64,000 bases of DNA from Candidatus Poribacteria bacterium (GTDB lineage: Bacteria > Poribacteria > WGA-4E > WGA-3G), in contig OZ240248.1 in NCBI GenBank assembly GCA_965198235.1, positions 4,576,001-4,640,000 of the forward strand, written 5' to 3'. The position numbers and the translations under genes were made by a program. Under the pieces are notes generated by a model, which was not told where the DNA came from, did not search any database, and saw only the letters and a program-made list of their open reading frames with translations. This document shows positions 50,111-60,313 of the stretch, one piece after another. Each line of letters begins with the position of its first letter. The first letter of the stretch is position 1.

Positions 50111-50141
50111 TTTTTTAACTATGGGCCTCCAATCATCGTTT

Positions 50142-50218
50142 CAAATGTAAAGCAAAGACAAATTATGCCATTTAAGGAAACCTAATTTCATTTCACGATG
50201 GTTTTTGGTGAATTCCAA
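50142..50218. repeat. Dispersed repeat (51 nt identical to 10069-10119, continuing into the MITE-end motif)
   Basis: CAAATGTAAAGCAAAGACAAATTATGCCATTTAAGGAAACCTAATTTCATT then TCACGATGGTTTTTGGTGAATTCCAA. Confidence 0.8.
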
Positions 50219-50219
50219 G

Positions 50220-50550
50220 TAGTAAGTTTCATGATAACCTTCCGCATCAGGTCCACGATATACGTTTCATCATCCGCACGATTTGGGTCATTCACGATGC
50301 CACTCCGCCTATCCATTTTTATTCGATACTGAATCTACTACCCACTCCAACGCTGAACAATACTTCAATCGATACCCAAATCTCTCACTGGGATCCATAA
50401 CGGTAGATTGTTTTGACCGGCATAGTGTTGGAGAAGTGTCGCGAAGGCGAGTCGGACTTCAGTTTCATTTGTTGCGCCGAGGCTTTCGTATTGTTTAAGT
50501 TCGGCGTAGAAGTTTATTATCGGTTTGTGTGTCGATTTGATGTTTTGCAT
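50220..50550 (-). pseudogene. Internally deleted remnant of a type ISP/IIG-like restriction-modification gene
   Basis: N-terminus MQNIKSTHKPIINFYAELKQY...NETEVRLAFATLL lies next to a frameshifted C-terminus ALEWVVD/QYRIKMDRRSGIVNDPNRADDETYIVDLMRKVI. Confidence 0.7.
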
Positions 50551-50811
50551 CGCTCTATTTTCGCCCTAAAATAATAAATATATGTCAAATATTATACACA
50601 AATTCACAATAGATTGCAAGTGAAGGAGGTAGAGAAACAAAAACGAAATGTCTTGAATATGCTAAAAATTTGCTATTTCCTCTTAGACATGGTATAGTTA
50701 AAAGACAGGCAAGTCGTTGAGGTCTGCAGACCACACGATACACTAACTTTAATCCCAGAAGAATAGTTGTCAGGACGTTTTTTTAAAACCTTTCAATCTG
50801 CCTCACAGTGA

Positions 50812-50872
50812 GAGTTGTCAGAAAAAGACGAACGGACTATCACAGTCCTCTTTAACTGATAACTGACAACTC
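50812..50872. repeat. Heptamer-based inverted repeat (GTTGTCAG / CTGATAA-CTGACAA)
   Basis: Similar units at 52128-52232, 52940-53009 and 42938-42953. Confidence 0.55.
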
Positions 50873-51073
50873 TTAAAGCATAAGCCTGAAACGGAGTGAA
50901 GTTCTGCGCAAACCTCTATAGGAAACTTGCGGGACAATGCGAAGCATCTACACAGAGGCACGTGAAGGTCCCTGGGGGAAACACCGGATTTAGTCTGGGA
51001 ATAGACTAAATCCATTCCTTGTATTACATTGCAAAAACACCAACGTTACTTAACCGCAAGGAAAATTAGAAAA

Positions 51074-52126
51074 GTGGATTCAACATTAACCAATCCGTAT
51101 CTGACAAATGCTTTAGCAGCACCGCCGCCGCAAAGTTATCGCTACGAACACTGGCGAGAGCGGGGGTATCACTCCGACCTGCGTCCGATTTCACCAGACA
51201 GCGAATGTGGGACGCTGATAGGACAGATGGGCTGGGTCGGCGCGCATGCGCACGCTCACGAATATTTGTGGGCGACTGCTGGCAACATGGGCGCAGTTTT
51301 AGCTGAAACAGTTGAGGATACCTGTCTCATCCCTTACAATGCATCGCCGCGCTACCAATTACCACCGCAGATTGTTGTTAAAGGGTTAGCGGGACGACAC
51401 GTCCTGCTCACAAAGTCGGGTTCACGTTTGGATATGATTGGTATTGAACATCCTGCTCTCAATTTAACGCTCATTGAAGTTGAACCTGATGGTGTGCATT
51501 ATCGCATGCGCTTCGGCACGCCGGATCAGGCGACCTTAGGTTTAAATCGAGAGGGTATCGCGCCGCCAGCACCGACAAGTGAGATGTTCCACTACCTTCT
51601 TATTTTTGAGCAGTTAGAAGGACTCGGGTTTAATGCGCTTGTGCATTTGCAACCGAAGTTTTTGAATCTAATTTCTCGTACAGAACACGGTGCTCCCGAT
51701 CGGTTTTACAACTTCCTCAGAGGGTATGAACCGGAAACGCCTATTATATACGATGAATCCAGTGGCATCGGGTTCGTGGAAGAGAGGGCACCTGGCATCC
51801 CAGAATTATCTTATGAGAGTTTACGGCTTTTCCAGAATGGTGGGAATGCGGAGCGGCATATTCTTTATTGGGTAGGGCACGGAACGTTTTCGCGCGGTAA
51901 AGATCTCCTTGATGCTTACAAACACGCAGAATATTTTGAAGCCGCAGCAAGGATGGCATGGGAAGCAAATCAACAACGTGTTGATGCCCAAGCCTATACG
52001 GAGGAGATAGTCAGTTGTATCTTACGCGAATTTAACGCGAATCGTGAGGCATCTGCCCAACCAGATACTGGTTTTGAGGATGTCGATACACCGGTGCAAT
52101 CTGATAACGTCTATAATTATCCGTAA
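51074..52126 (+). CDS. Divergent class II aldolase/adducin-fold protein (rhamnulose-1-phosphate aldolase-like; start uncertain)
   Basis: ATAGNM, PTSEMFHY, ALVHLQP, WVGHG and AEYFEAAA motifs. Confidence 0.6.
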   Translation: MDSTLTNPYLTNALAAPPPQSYRYEHWRERGYHSDLRPISPDSECGTLIGQMGWVGAHAHAHEYLWATAGNMGAVLAETVEDTCLIPYNASPRYQLPPQIVVKGLAGRHVLLTKSGSRLDMIGIEHPALNLTLIEVEPDGVHYRMRFGTPDQATLGLNREGIAPPAPTSEMFHYLLIFEQLEGLGFNALVHLQPKFLNLISRTEHGAPDRFYNFLRGYEPETPIIYDESSGIGFVEERAPGIPELSYESLRLFQNGGNAERHILYWVGHGTFSRGKDLLDAYKHAEYFEAAARMAWEANQQRVDAQAYTEEIVSCILREFNANREASAQPDTGFEDVDTPVQSDNVYNYP

Positions 52127-52254
52127 TGGCTGTCAGCAGCCGGAAATCGATAGGGGCAGGAGGTCTCGCGCCTGCTCAATTGGGTATTCACAAGGGATAT
52201 CCCTACAGCCGACTGCCGATAGCCGATAGCCATAGAAACGGAGGAACAACATAC

Positions 52255-52926
52255 ATGCAAGATCCAATAGATGTCCAAGACTTGGAGCATGACAGTGTGG
52301 AAACTGAGACAGAGCCAGCGCGAGATCAACTGGAGGCACACCTCCGTGACAGCATAGTCGGTAGGTATATCAGGAGTTACAACAAGCGCTTGCGCACTCT
52401 CAACCAAGAATTAGAGGACATACGACAGCAGGTTGATGACAAACTCACTCGTATAGATCGACACGTTTCCCAGGAAATAGCAGAGGTCAAAACTGATATT
52501 CGCAGCCTTTCCGCCAAGCTTGGGGGCGAAGATTTAGGGTTAACGTTGGAAAAAATTGAGGGACTCATTGACGCGAAGCTTAATGCAAGGCTTGATGGGA
52601 TTACCGCACGCAGCGAGGCGGACCTCCAGAAATTGTCAACACTCATAAACGATTTCGCCAGCGAGTTCCAGAAGCAAATCGATCAACTCACTAACGAAGT
52701 GAAACTCTTGCGAGAGCAAGCGCGTCGGAATCAGGAGTCTCTACGCACAGAGTTAGTTTCTGAAACCGAAACGCTTGAAACTACTAAAGTCGATCGGTTA
52801 ACCTTAGCCGAAACCCTCATTATGCTCGGGATGAAATTGAAAGACGATGACTTGCTGGATGAATTCGGAATAAATCTGGACTTCGATGAAGTCTTAGATG
52901 GAAACTCGGAAAATGACGAAAGTTAG
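52255..52926 (+). CDS. Acidic coiled-coil hypothetical protein
   Basis: GGAGG RBS before ATG 52255; heptad-rich helical sequence ending KVDRLTLAETL. Confidence 0.7.
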   Translation: MQDPIDVQDLEHDSVETETEPARDQLEAHLRDSIVGRYIRSYNKRLRTLNQELEDIRQQVDDKLTRIDRHVSQEIAEVKTDIRSLSAKLGGEDLGLTLEKIEGLIDAKLNARLDGITARSEADLQKLSTLINDFASEFQKQIDQLTNEVKLLREQARRNQESLRTELVSETETLETTKVDRLTLAETLIMLGMKLKDDDLLDEFGINLDFDEVLDGNSENDES

Positions 52927-54088
52927 ATATACTGTTATAGCCGTCAGTTGTCAGCCATCAGTTGTCAGTAGAATAGCGGTCAGAAAGAGAACCTCTTTGC
53001 TGATAGCCATTCTTATGATGATCTTCGGTGGAATTACTGGGCGAATCGCAGCGGATGAATCAGTTTCCTCAGGCGAGATTTCAGTTCTTGTTGTTGGTGA
53101 TATTACTATCGGTAGCCGAATGACACCGTTGATTGAAAGCAAAGGTGCCGGTGTATTTTTTCAGGGAACTACTGACCTGATTCAATCCGCGGATGTCGCG
53201 ACCGTTTCCCTGAACGCGAGCATATCGGAAAGAGGCGAGCCGCGGTACGGCATTGAACACCCCTTTCGGGCGGCACCGGGACTCGGTAGAGCCATTGCAA
53301 ATGCCGGATTTGACGTTGTCTCCTTAGCCACCCCACATGTAATGGACTTCGGTTTTGAGGCGTTAGAGGATACGATCACAGAACTGGAATGGTATGATGT
53401 CAAACCGGTCGGTGCTGGTATGAGTGCGGAAACCGCGAAACTACCGGCATGGGTACCAGTCAAACTAAGTGAAACTGAGACTGCACAGGTTGCGTTATTA
53501 GCGTATTACCGTGTGAATGAATTCGCACGGTACACCGAGGATCCGCTTGCTTATGCCGTTTATAGTGAGATGACAAATGCTGTCGAGCAGATACGAACGA
53601 AAGCGGCACTCGTGGTTGTCTGGTTACACTGGGGAGGCAGAAGTCGTTCTATGGATGAGGCAATCGGACGACAACGGCTTTTTGCCCATGCCCTCATCGA
53701 CGCAGGGGCGGACATGATAATGTGTCAGCAACTACATACGTTTGGTGGTATTGAGTTGTATCAGGGCAAACCGATTGTTTACAGCCTCTCAGATTTTATC
53801 TATGATGCTTACGATAAACAGCATTCGCATATAGTTATCCCGAAGGCAACGTTTGACGCTAAGGCTCTGAAGTCAATTGAGTTAATTCCGATTTTGACAG
53901 ATCCACCGAAGACCCCGGTCCGCTCTGGAAAACCTGCGGAAACCTCAGCAACACCTGAAGTTGCGAACCAGTTTCCGAGCATCCTAACCGGAAAGGCGGC
54001 GGTAGACACCTTACAGGACTATCAGCGACGTTGTGCAGAATTGAAAACGGAGGTGTTCATAGAGGGCGAACGCGGGTGGATTCGATAG
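52913..54088 (+). CDS. CapA/PGA_cap family metallophosphatase-fold protein with degenerate motifs (start uncertain)
   Basis: VGDI, AGFDVVSLA, HWG, LIDAGAD and IELYQGKPIVYSL motifs; signal-peptide-like N-terminus. Confidence 0.8.
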   Translation: MTKVRYTVIAVSCQPSVVSRIAVRKRTSLLIAILMMIFGGITGRIAADESVSSGEISVLVVGDITIGSRMTPLIESKGAGVFFQGTTDLIQSADVATVSLNASISERGEPRYGIEHPFRAAPGLGRAIANAGFDVVSLATPHVMDFGFEALEDTITELEWYDVKPVGAGMSAETAKLPAWVPVKLSETETAQVALLAYYRVNEFARYTEDPLAYAVYSEMTNAVEQIRTKAALVVVWLHWGGRSRSMDEAIGRQRLFAHALIDAGADMIMCQQLHTFGGIELYQGKPIVYSLSDFIYDAYDKQHSHIVIPKATFDAKALKSIELIPILTDPPKTPVRSGKPAETSATPEVANQFPSILTGKAAVDTLQDYQRRCAELKTEVFIEGERGWIR

Positions 54089-54116
54089 ATAGTCGGAGTA
54101 GGAGCAAAAGTCAGAT

Positions 54117-56075
54117 ATGACAGACAATACGGGAGATGTAGCGCGCAGCTTGTTCAGAGGTGAACGTGGGTTAACACCTAAAGCATTTCTCATCGCAATG
54201 CTTCTGATTCCTCTTAACGTTTTCTGGATTATCGAGCTGGAGGTTGTCCGTTATACACATCCGACGCTAATTCATCCGTTGTCCAATGTCATCTTCATAA
54301 TCTTTTGGCTGATGGTGTTCAGTGCAGTGTTGGGAAAATTATCTCCAAAACTGCGGTTGACACCGGCGGAATTGCTCACAATCTATGTCATGTTGTGCAT
54401 CGTATCTTCACTCTGTTCGCACGATATGATGGAAATCCTTGTCACTATCCTCGGGCATCCATTTCGGTTTGCAACGTCCGAGAATGAATGGCAGCAGCTT
54501 TTTTGGAAGGAGCTTCCGACATGGCTAACCGTTCAAGACACGAGCGTCTTGTCGGGGTATTATGAGGGGCAATCCAGTCTTTACCGAAAGGCACACCTTA
54601 CCGCTTGGGCGGTTCCTGTGGTGTGGTGGACAGTTTTTATCCTTGTGTTGATGCTTGTTATGCTGTGCATCAACACGCTGCTCCGTATCCAATGGACTGA
54701 GCGAGAACGACTGACTTATCCAATTATTCAACTTCCGCTCGCGATGACGGAGCCGAATACAAGTTTTTTCAAAAATAAACTGATGTGGTTGGGGTTCAGT
54801 ATTGCCGCAGCCATTAGCATCCTAAACCTACTGAATTCGATTTATCCAGTAGTTCCGTATCTACCTGTTAAACGGCAAAATATCCATCAATACTTCACCG
54901 GTCGTCCTTGGAATGCGATGGGGGGTGTGCGTCTCTCGTTTTATCCTTTTGCAATTGGGATTAGTTTCCTGATTCCACTGGATCTGCTTTTTTCGTGTTG
55001 GGCGTTCTATTGGGTGTATAAATTTGAGTTAATGGCAGGTAGTATTTTTGGGGTACGGAATTTACCGGGCTTCCCCTATGCGGATGCGCAGAGTTTCGGG
55101 GCATATATGGTGCTTCTCGGGAGCGCTGGATGGGTTGGAAGAACGCACATCAAGCGCATTTTTGCCGGGGTCATAAATGGGTTCCGAGGCACGTCTGAGA
55201 TGGAGATGCAGCGTGAGCCGATGCCTTATCATATTGCTTTCCTCGGCATTGTGAGCGGGATGCTGTTTTTGACTGTGTTCTCCTATAAAGCAGGAATGTC
55301 TCTTTGGGTAATTCCCATCTTTTTCGGGCTCTATTTTCTGCTCGCGACGATGATTGCCCGACTTCGGGCGGAATTAGGATTTTTAGTTCACGATTTGCAC
55401 AGAGTCGATCCACACGGGTTAATCGTGACAACATTCGGCACCCAGCGTTTAACGACGAGTACAAAAACGGTTTTTTCGTTGTACATGTTCTTTAATCGGG
55501 CATATCGAGCGCACCCGATGCCGCAAGAATTGGAGGCGTTGAAAATTTCAGAGCGGCGGCAGATCCGTCCACAGCACACCGCCGCGGCAATTCTCATCGC
55601 AACTCTTGTGGGTGCCATTGTTATATTCTGGTTACTTTTAGACAGTTATTACAGACATGGGGCAGAGACTGGCTATTACGGTCCTTGGGCATTAGGGTTC
55701 GGCAGAGGCGTTTATCGACAACTTGAAAATTGGTTGAATTATCCACAAGGCACAGATGTCCCGGCACTCGCCTTTATGGGGGGTGGTGCGGGGGTCGCTC
55801 TCGGACTCATGTTATTGCGAACCCGTTTTCTCTGGTGGCCCCTGCATCCACTCGGCTATGCTATGGCAAACAGTTGGGGCATGTACAACCTCTGGAGTTG
55901 TATCTTCGTGGCATGGATAGCGAAGGCGGTTGTATTGCACCAAGGAGGACTCAAAGCCTACAGACGTATGGTACCGCTCTTCCTCGGACTTGCCCTTGGA
56001 GACTACATAAGTGGAAGTTTGTGGAGCATCGGTAGCGTTCTTGCGAATACCACGCTGTATCAATTCTGGCCCTGA
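54117..56075 (+). CDS. Polytopic membrane protein (DUF6785/DUF6784-like, putative transporter)
   Basis: About 16 hydrophobic segments; ELLTIYVM, QWTERERLTYP, RLRAELG and FLWWPLHPLGY motifs. Confidence 0.6.
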   Translation: MTDNTGDVARSLFRGERGLTPKAFLIAMLLIPLNVFWIIELEVVRYTHPTLIHPLSNVIFIIFWLMVFSAVLGKLSPKLRLTPAELLTIYVMLCIVSSLCSHDMMEILVTILGHPFRFATSENEWQQLFWKELPTWLTVQDTSVLSGYYEGQSSLYRKAHLTAWAVPVVWWTVFILVLMLVMLCINTLLRIQWTERERLTYPIIQLPLAMTEPNTSFFKNKLMWLGFSIAAAISILNLLNSIYPVVPYLPVKRQNIHQYFTGRPWNAMGGVRLSFYPFAIGISFLIPLDLLFSCWAFYWVYKFELMAGSIFGVRNLPGFPYADAQSFGAYMVLLGSAGWVGRTHIKRIFAGVINGFRGTSEMEMQREPMPYHIAFLGIVSGMLFLTVFSYKAGMSLWVIPIFFGLYFLLATMIARLRAELGFLVHDLHRVDPHGLIVTTFGTQRLTTSTKTVFSLYMFFNRAYRAHPMPQELEALKISERRQIRPQHTAAAILIATLVGAIVIFWLLLDSYYRHGAETGYYGPWALGFGRGVYRQLENWLNYPQGTDVPALAFMGGGAGVALGLMLLRTRFLWWPLHPLGYAMANSWGMYNLWSCIFVAWIAKAVVLHQGGLKAYRRMVPLFLGLALGDYISGSLWSIGSVLANTTLYQFWP

Positions 56076-56277
56076 TGTGTGTCCCATAGTGTTCCGTTAT
56101 CTATTCCTAACCAAGGGATGATATAGAGACTATATGTCTATAGGAGACCGATATTCGATCAAAAGGTAATCGTAGCAAATGACCATCGCAAAAAACATCT
56201 GAAATCGCATTAAAAACTGACGATTAACCCAGCGAATCAATCGTAACGACACATCTATTTTAAAAAGGAGAAAAAAC

Positions 56278-58695
56278 ATGGAAACCAAAGAGAGAGAAGA
56301 GGAAAACAGAGACGAGAATACCACTGAAGAAGAACTTGTACAGGAACTCCCACTCCTCCCCTTAGATGACCTCGTCGTTTTTCCGTACATGCCACCGGTG
56401 CCACCATTTCCGCCACATCACGTTGCACTCACTGGAAAGATGGCAACTACGGCAGTTGAACATGCTATGGAAAATGAGAGGGTGCTTTGCATTTTTCGCC
56501 CAAAAAAGGATCTCTCTAAAGAGGATATCAAGGCTCTTAAAAAGAGTAACCTCAGTCCAATCGGGAGTTTAATACACATCCTTCGATACAAAACTGACGA
56601 TGAAGATGTGTTGTTTCTTGCACATGGTCGTGAGCGCGTCCAAATCGAGGAGATTTTGCATACAGAACCTTTCGTCAAGGTTCGGGTTAATGTCATTAGC
56701 GGTGATAATGAAGATCCTATTGGTAACCCAGAGATGGATTTGGAGGTGGAGGCACTCGTCCGCAGCAACGATGAAATGTTCCAGCGCATTGTTCAGATGT
56801 CATCACGCTATCAAGAGGAATACGGCAGCCTAACCAAAACAATGATTGATGAACCGGGTCGGCTTGCCGACTATATCGCCGCTATGCTGGATTTAAAGCC
56901 GCACGATAAACAGCGCGTTTTGGAGGCGGTATCTGTCCATGAACGCTTGAATACACTCGCTGTCATACTCGCTAAAGAACTCGATCTCCATGAATTAGAA
57001 AGCAAAATCCAAAATAACGCGCAAGCCGTCATTAACAAAGGGCAGCGTGAATATTATCTCAGAGAACAACTCAAAGCTATTCAGACCGAACTTGGTGAAT
57101 CGGATGATCTTGGACTTGAAATTGATGAAATGCGGGAGCAGTTGAGCGAAACTGAAATGCCCGATAAAACGAAACAAGCAGCGGAAAAAGAACTGAAACG
57201 ACTCTCTAAAATGCAGTCTTTCTCGCCGGAATCAACTGTTTCTCGAAACTATTTGGACTGGTTGTTAAATCTGCCTTGGTGTGTCAGTACGGAGGATGCT
57301 TTAGATATTACCGCGGCACAAGAAATTCTTGATGCGGATCACTACGATTTGGAAAAAGTCAAAGAGCGGATTTTGGAATATCTTGCTGTCCGCATGCTCA
57401 AAACCGATATGAAGGGACCTATCTTCTGTTTCGTTGGACCACCGGGTGTCGGAAAAACCTCCCTCGGCAGGTCTATCGCCCGCTCGATGAACCGAAAATT
57501 TGTGCGTATTTCGTTAGGTGGTATGCACGATGAAGCCGAAATCCGCGGACATCGACGCACTTACATCGGTTCAATGCCAGGGCGAATTGTCAAAGGGCTC
57601 CGACAAGCTGAGTCGAACAACCCTGTCTTTATGCTTGATGAGATTGACAAACTCGGATCTGATTTTCGGGGTGACCCGGCTTCCGCACTTCTGGAAGTCC
57701 TCGATCCGGAACAGAATCATTCATTTACGGACAACTACCTTGATGTCCCTTTTGATCTTTCAAAGGTTATGTTTGTCACGACAGCCAATCAACTCCACAC
57801 TATTCCACCAGCCTTACGTGACCGGATGGAGACTATAGAACTTCCCGGCTATACTGCCAACGAGAAGCAAATTATCGCCAAACAGTATCTGATACCGCGT
57901 CAATTGAAAGAGAACGGGTTGGAAAATGAGCTGATTGACATCAAGGATACCGCGCTTAATAAAGTCATCAGCGAGTATACTCGCGAGGCGGGTGTGCGAA
58001 ATTTAGAGCGCGAACTCGGCACCCTCTGCCGAAAAGTCGCACGTCGTGTTGCCGAGGGGAATACCGATCCAACAACCATCGCGACGCAGGACATCCAAGG
58101 TTATTTGGGACCAGCGAAGTTCGATTCTGAAATCGCGAGTCGTAAAGCCGACATCGGCGTTGCGACGGGACTATCTGTCACACCTGCGGGTGGTGAGATC
58201 CTCTTCATTGAGGTAGCCGCTACCAAAAAAGCAAATGCCCGTACAGAACTTCATATCACTGGTCAGATCGGCGAGGTCATGCAGGAATCCGCACAAGCAG
58301 CCCTCAGTTATGTCAAATCTCAGGCGAAGGAACTCAAGTTTGATTCGAGTGTATTAGAAGACGACATCCATATTCATGTCCCAGCGGGATCAATCCCTAA
58401 GGACGGTCCTTCGGCTGGTATTACAATTGCGACTGCACTCGCTTCAATTGCTACGCAGCAACATATCAGTCCTGAAATCGCTATGACAGGTGAACTGACT
58501 CTCAGGGGAAGGGTGTTACCTATTGGCGGCGTGAAGGAAAAAATCCTTGCCGCGAAGCAAGCAGGCATCAAGAAAGTCATCATGCCACACGGCAACAAAA
58601 AACACTTTATTGAAGTCCCCAAAGACATTCAAGCCGGTGTTGAGTTTCTATTTGTAGAACATGTAACCGAAGTTTTCACGGAGGTCTTCTCATGA
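56278..58695 (+). CDS. lon: ATP-dependent Lon protease
   Basis: GPPGVGKT, GHRRTYIG, LDEIDK, PKDGPSAG and GGVKEK motifs. Confidence 0.97.
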   Translation: METKEREEENRDENTTEEELVQELPLLPLDDLVVFPYMPPVPPFPPHHVALTGKMATTAVEHAMENERVLCIFRPKKDLSKEDIKALKKSNLSPIGSLIHILRYKTDDEDVLFLAHGRERVQIEEILHTEPFVKVRVNVISGDNEDPIGNPEMDLEVEALVRSNDEMFQRIVQMSSRYQEEYGSLTKTMIDEPGRLADYIAAMLDLKPHDKQRVLEAVSVHERLNTLAVILAKELDLHELESKIQNNAQAVINKGQREYYLREQLKAIQTELGESDDLGLEIDEMREQLSETEMPDKTKQAAEKELKRLSKMQSFSPESTVSRNYLDWLLNLPWCVSTEDALDITAAQEILDADHYDLEKVKERILEYLAVRMLKTDMKGPIFCFVGPPGVGKTSLGRSIARSMNRKFVRISLGGMHDEAEIRGHRRTYIGSMPGRIVKGLRQAESNNPVFMLDEIDKLGSDFRGDPASALLEVLDPEQNHSFTDNYLDVPFDLSKVMFVTTANQLHTIPPALRDRMETIELPGYTANEKQIIAKQYLIPRQLKENGLENELIDIKDTALNKVISEYTREAGVRNLERELGTLCRKVARRVAEGNTDPTTIATQDIQGYLGPAKFDSEIASRKADIGVATGLSVTPAGGEILFIEVAATKKANARTELHITGQIGEVMQESAQAALSYVKSQAKELKFDSSVLEDDIHIHVPAGSIPKDGPSAGITIATALASIATQQHISPEIAMTGELTLRGRVLPIGGVKEKILAAKQAGIKKVIMPHGNKKHFIEVPKDIQAGVEFLFVEHVTEVFTEVFS

Positions 58696-58944
58696 GACGC
58701 ATATTGAGGAACACAGCGTGTGGTCAACCCGTCTCGCGCTTAATCCGTCGGTTGACTACACTTGCTGTCGCGTTTTTGTTTGTAATACCATTCACGGCTC
58801 ACGCAAACACGACCGACAGCACGAATACGGTGTCTACAACCGCATCCTCTGAAACCGGTGAAGTTGACGAACCGGGGTCCCCACCCGTTACTGGGAAGGG
58901 GGAACCTACTGTTAAGTTTTTGAAAGATGTCGCACCTATACTTG

Positions 58945-59100
58945 GTGATAGCACCCACAACCTAAAGGTTGGGGCTTCGGTTTCATAGCAACTGCGGTTT
59001 TCTCTAAGAGATGACCGTCTAACCGTCGCTCCACCCGCGGGCAATTGTCTGCTATTGGAACAGATTTATCACGTTTATGTCGTGGCTATCCCTGCCCGCA
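58945..59100 (-). ncRNA. Predicted omega/reRNA scaffold region of TnpB element 3 (5' boundary unknown)
   Basis: Position between the tnpB 3' end and the right end, as established for TnpB systems; not folded computationally. Confidence 0.5.
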
Positions 59101-60187
59101 AAATGTTTATAGCAGCGTTAATGTCTCTATCGTGGGGTGACCCACATTCGGGACATGTCCACTGCCTATCTGAAAGAGAAAGGGTTTCGTTGTGAAAACC
59201 ACAATCACTACACGGCTTTGTCGTTGCCGTCCATTGACCGACTTGACGCAACTCACGCTTATGTTTGCTACACTTATACTTCAATATCTCAACAAACTGG
59301 TAGAAAGCAAGGTCAGAGACCTTACGTCCCCACAAGCGTTTCATACCGTCAAGGTTCAGTGTTTCAATGGCGATTCTATCGAACCGCTTGCAGAGTTCAG
59401 AGGCAAGTTGCCAGTGAAAGTCTGTGCGTTGGTTCGTGATTTTACGATACAGACGGGCAAGTTGCCGAACACAACGCCACCAGCCGTGAGAACCTTTTAT
59501 CTTACGACTCAAGTCCTTGTTGAGACTACGGAGTTTGGTCAAGGAGTGTTTCAAAGGTTGTGGGTGTTGCTTCTTTTCACCCGTGCTAAGTGTCAAGTAA
59601 GCGTCTTTCATACCGAAGTCCGCCCCAACGCTTTCACCTGTTGTTGGCAGACGTTTCATGTCTGTGTAGTTCGTGGTGATACAGAGCCAATAGTCACCAC
59701 AGGTATCACGCTTGAGTGTGATACGATGGATAGAGCCGTGCCATTGGCGGTGTTTATGGAAAGTATAAGGCACACGATCAAATCGCCATTGGCCATTATT
59801 CCATTTTCTAAAGGTGAGTGTAATACGATTGTTTTTCAGTTCCCAACCCGCTTGTCCCGGAAAGGTGATAGACTTGAACTTATGTCTCGACTTGATATGC
59901 GGTCTACCCCCAAGTTTTTTGAGAAAACGCTGATACGCATCATCAATACGCCGCAACTCTTGTTGAATCGATTGGCTCGGCAAGGCGTTCCAATGCGGGT
60001 GCGTCGTTTGTTTCAACTCGGTAAGGTGAGCAGACATGGCGTTATAGTTCGCATACGGCAAGCCATCTTTATATCGCTGACGTTGCCACTTATGGAAGTA
60101 TTCATGCACTTGCCACATATCGTCAAACAGATTACCAATACGAATACAATTGGATTGGTGCCCAAACGGATATTTATAGGTTTTCAT
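59075..60187 (-). CDS. tnpB: RNA-guided endonuclease TnpB with RuvC D-E-D intact
   Basis: GADFGMKD, AIETLN, CSDC...CPEC and DRDINAAINI motifs. Confidence 0.93.
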   Translation of the reverse strand: MKTYKYPFGHQSNCIRIGNLFDDMWQVHEYFHKWQRQRYKDGLPYANYNAMSAHLTELKQTTHPHWNALPSQSIQQELRRIDDAYQRFLKKLGGRPHIKSRHKFKSITFPGQAGWELKNNRITLTFRKWNNGQWRFDRVPYTFHKHRQWHGSIHRITLKRDTCGDYWLCITTNYTDMKRLPTTGESVGADFGMKDAYLTLSTGEKKQHPQPLKHSLTKLRSLNKDLSRKIKGSHGWWRCVRQLARLYRKITNQRTDFHWQLASELCKRFDRIAIETLNLDGMKRLWGRKVSDLAFYQFVEILKYKCSKHKRELRQVGQWTATTKPCSDCGFHNETLSLSDRQWTCPECGSPHDRDINAAINILRAGIATT

Positions 60188-60199
60188 GGTCTATCACAC

Positions 60200-60278
60200 A
60201 TCACACCTTTAACCCCGTTGAAGTGGGTAGGCAGACACGTAACCTTGCGATTACGCTTCAACTGTCTGCCAGTGTGAT
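60200..60278 (-). ncRNA. Candidate structured 5' leader RNA of tnpB, copy 2
   Basis: Same stems as 28010-28090 with two compensatory pair changes. Confidence 0.7.
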
Positions 60279-60284
60279 ATGAAT

Positions 60285-60313
60285 ATTATACCACATTTTT
60301 AGGTAAAAGTCAA
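60285..60313 (-). promoter_or_regulatory. tnpB promoter of element 3
   Basis: TTGACT-17 nt-TATAAT with extended -10 TG. Confidence 0.8.

Noticed and set aside
50900-50960. c-di-GMP-I riboswitch
   Set aside because: Only partial GCAAAC/GGGAC resemblance; the second stem and tetraloop receptor are not convincing by eye
59192-60277. 361-aa plus-strand ORF, and the similar 236-aa ORF at 27075-27785
   Set aside because: Antisense shadows of tnpB with no recognisable motifs
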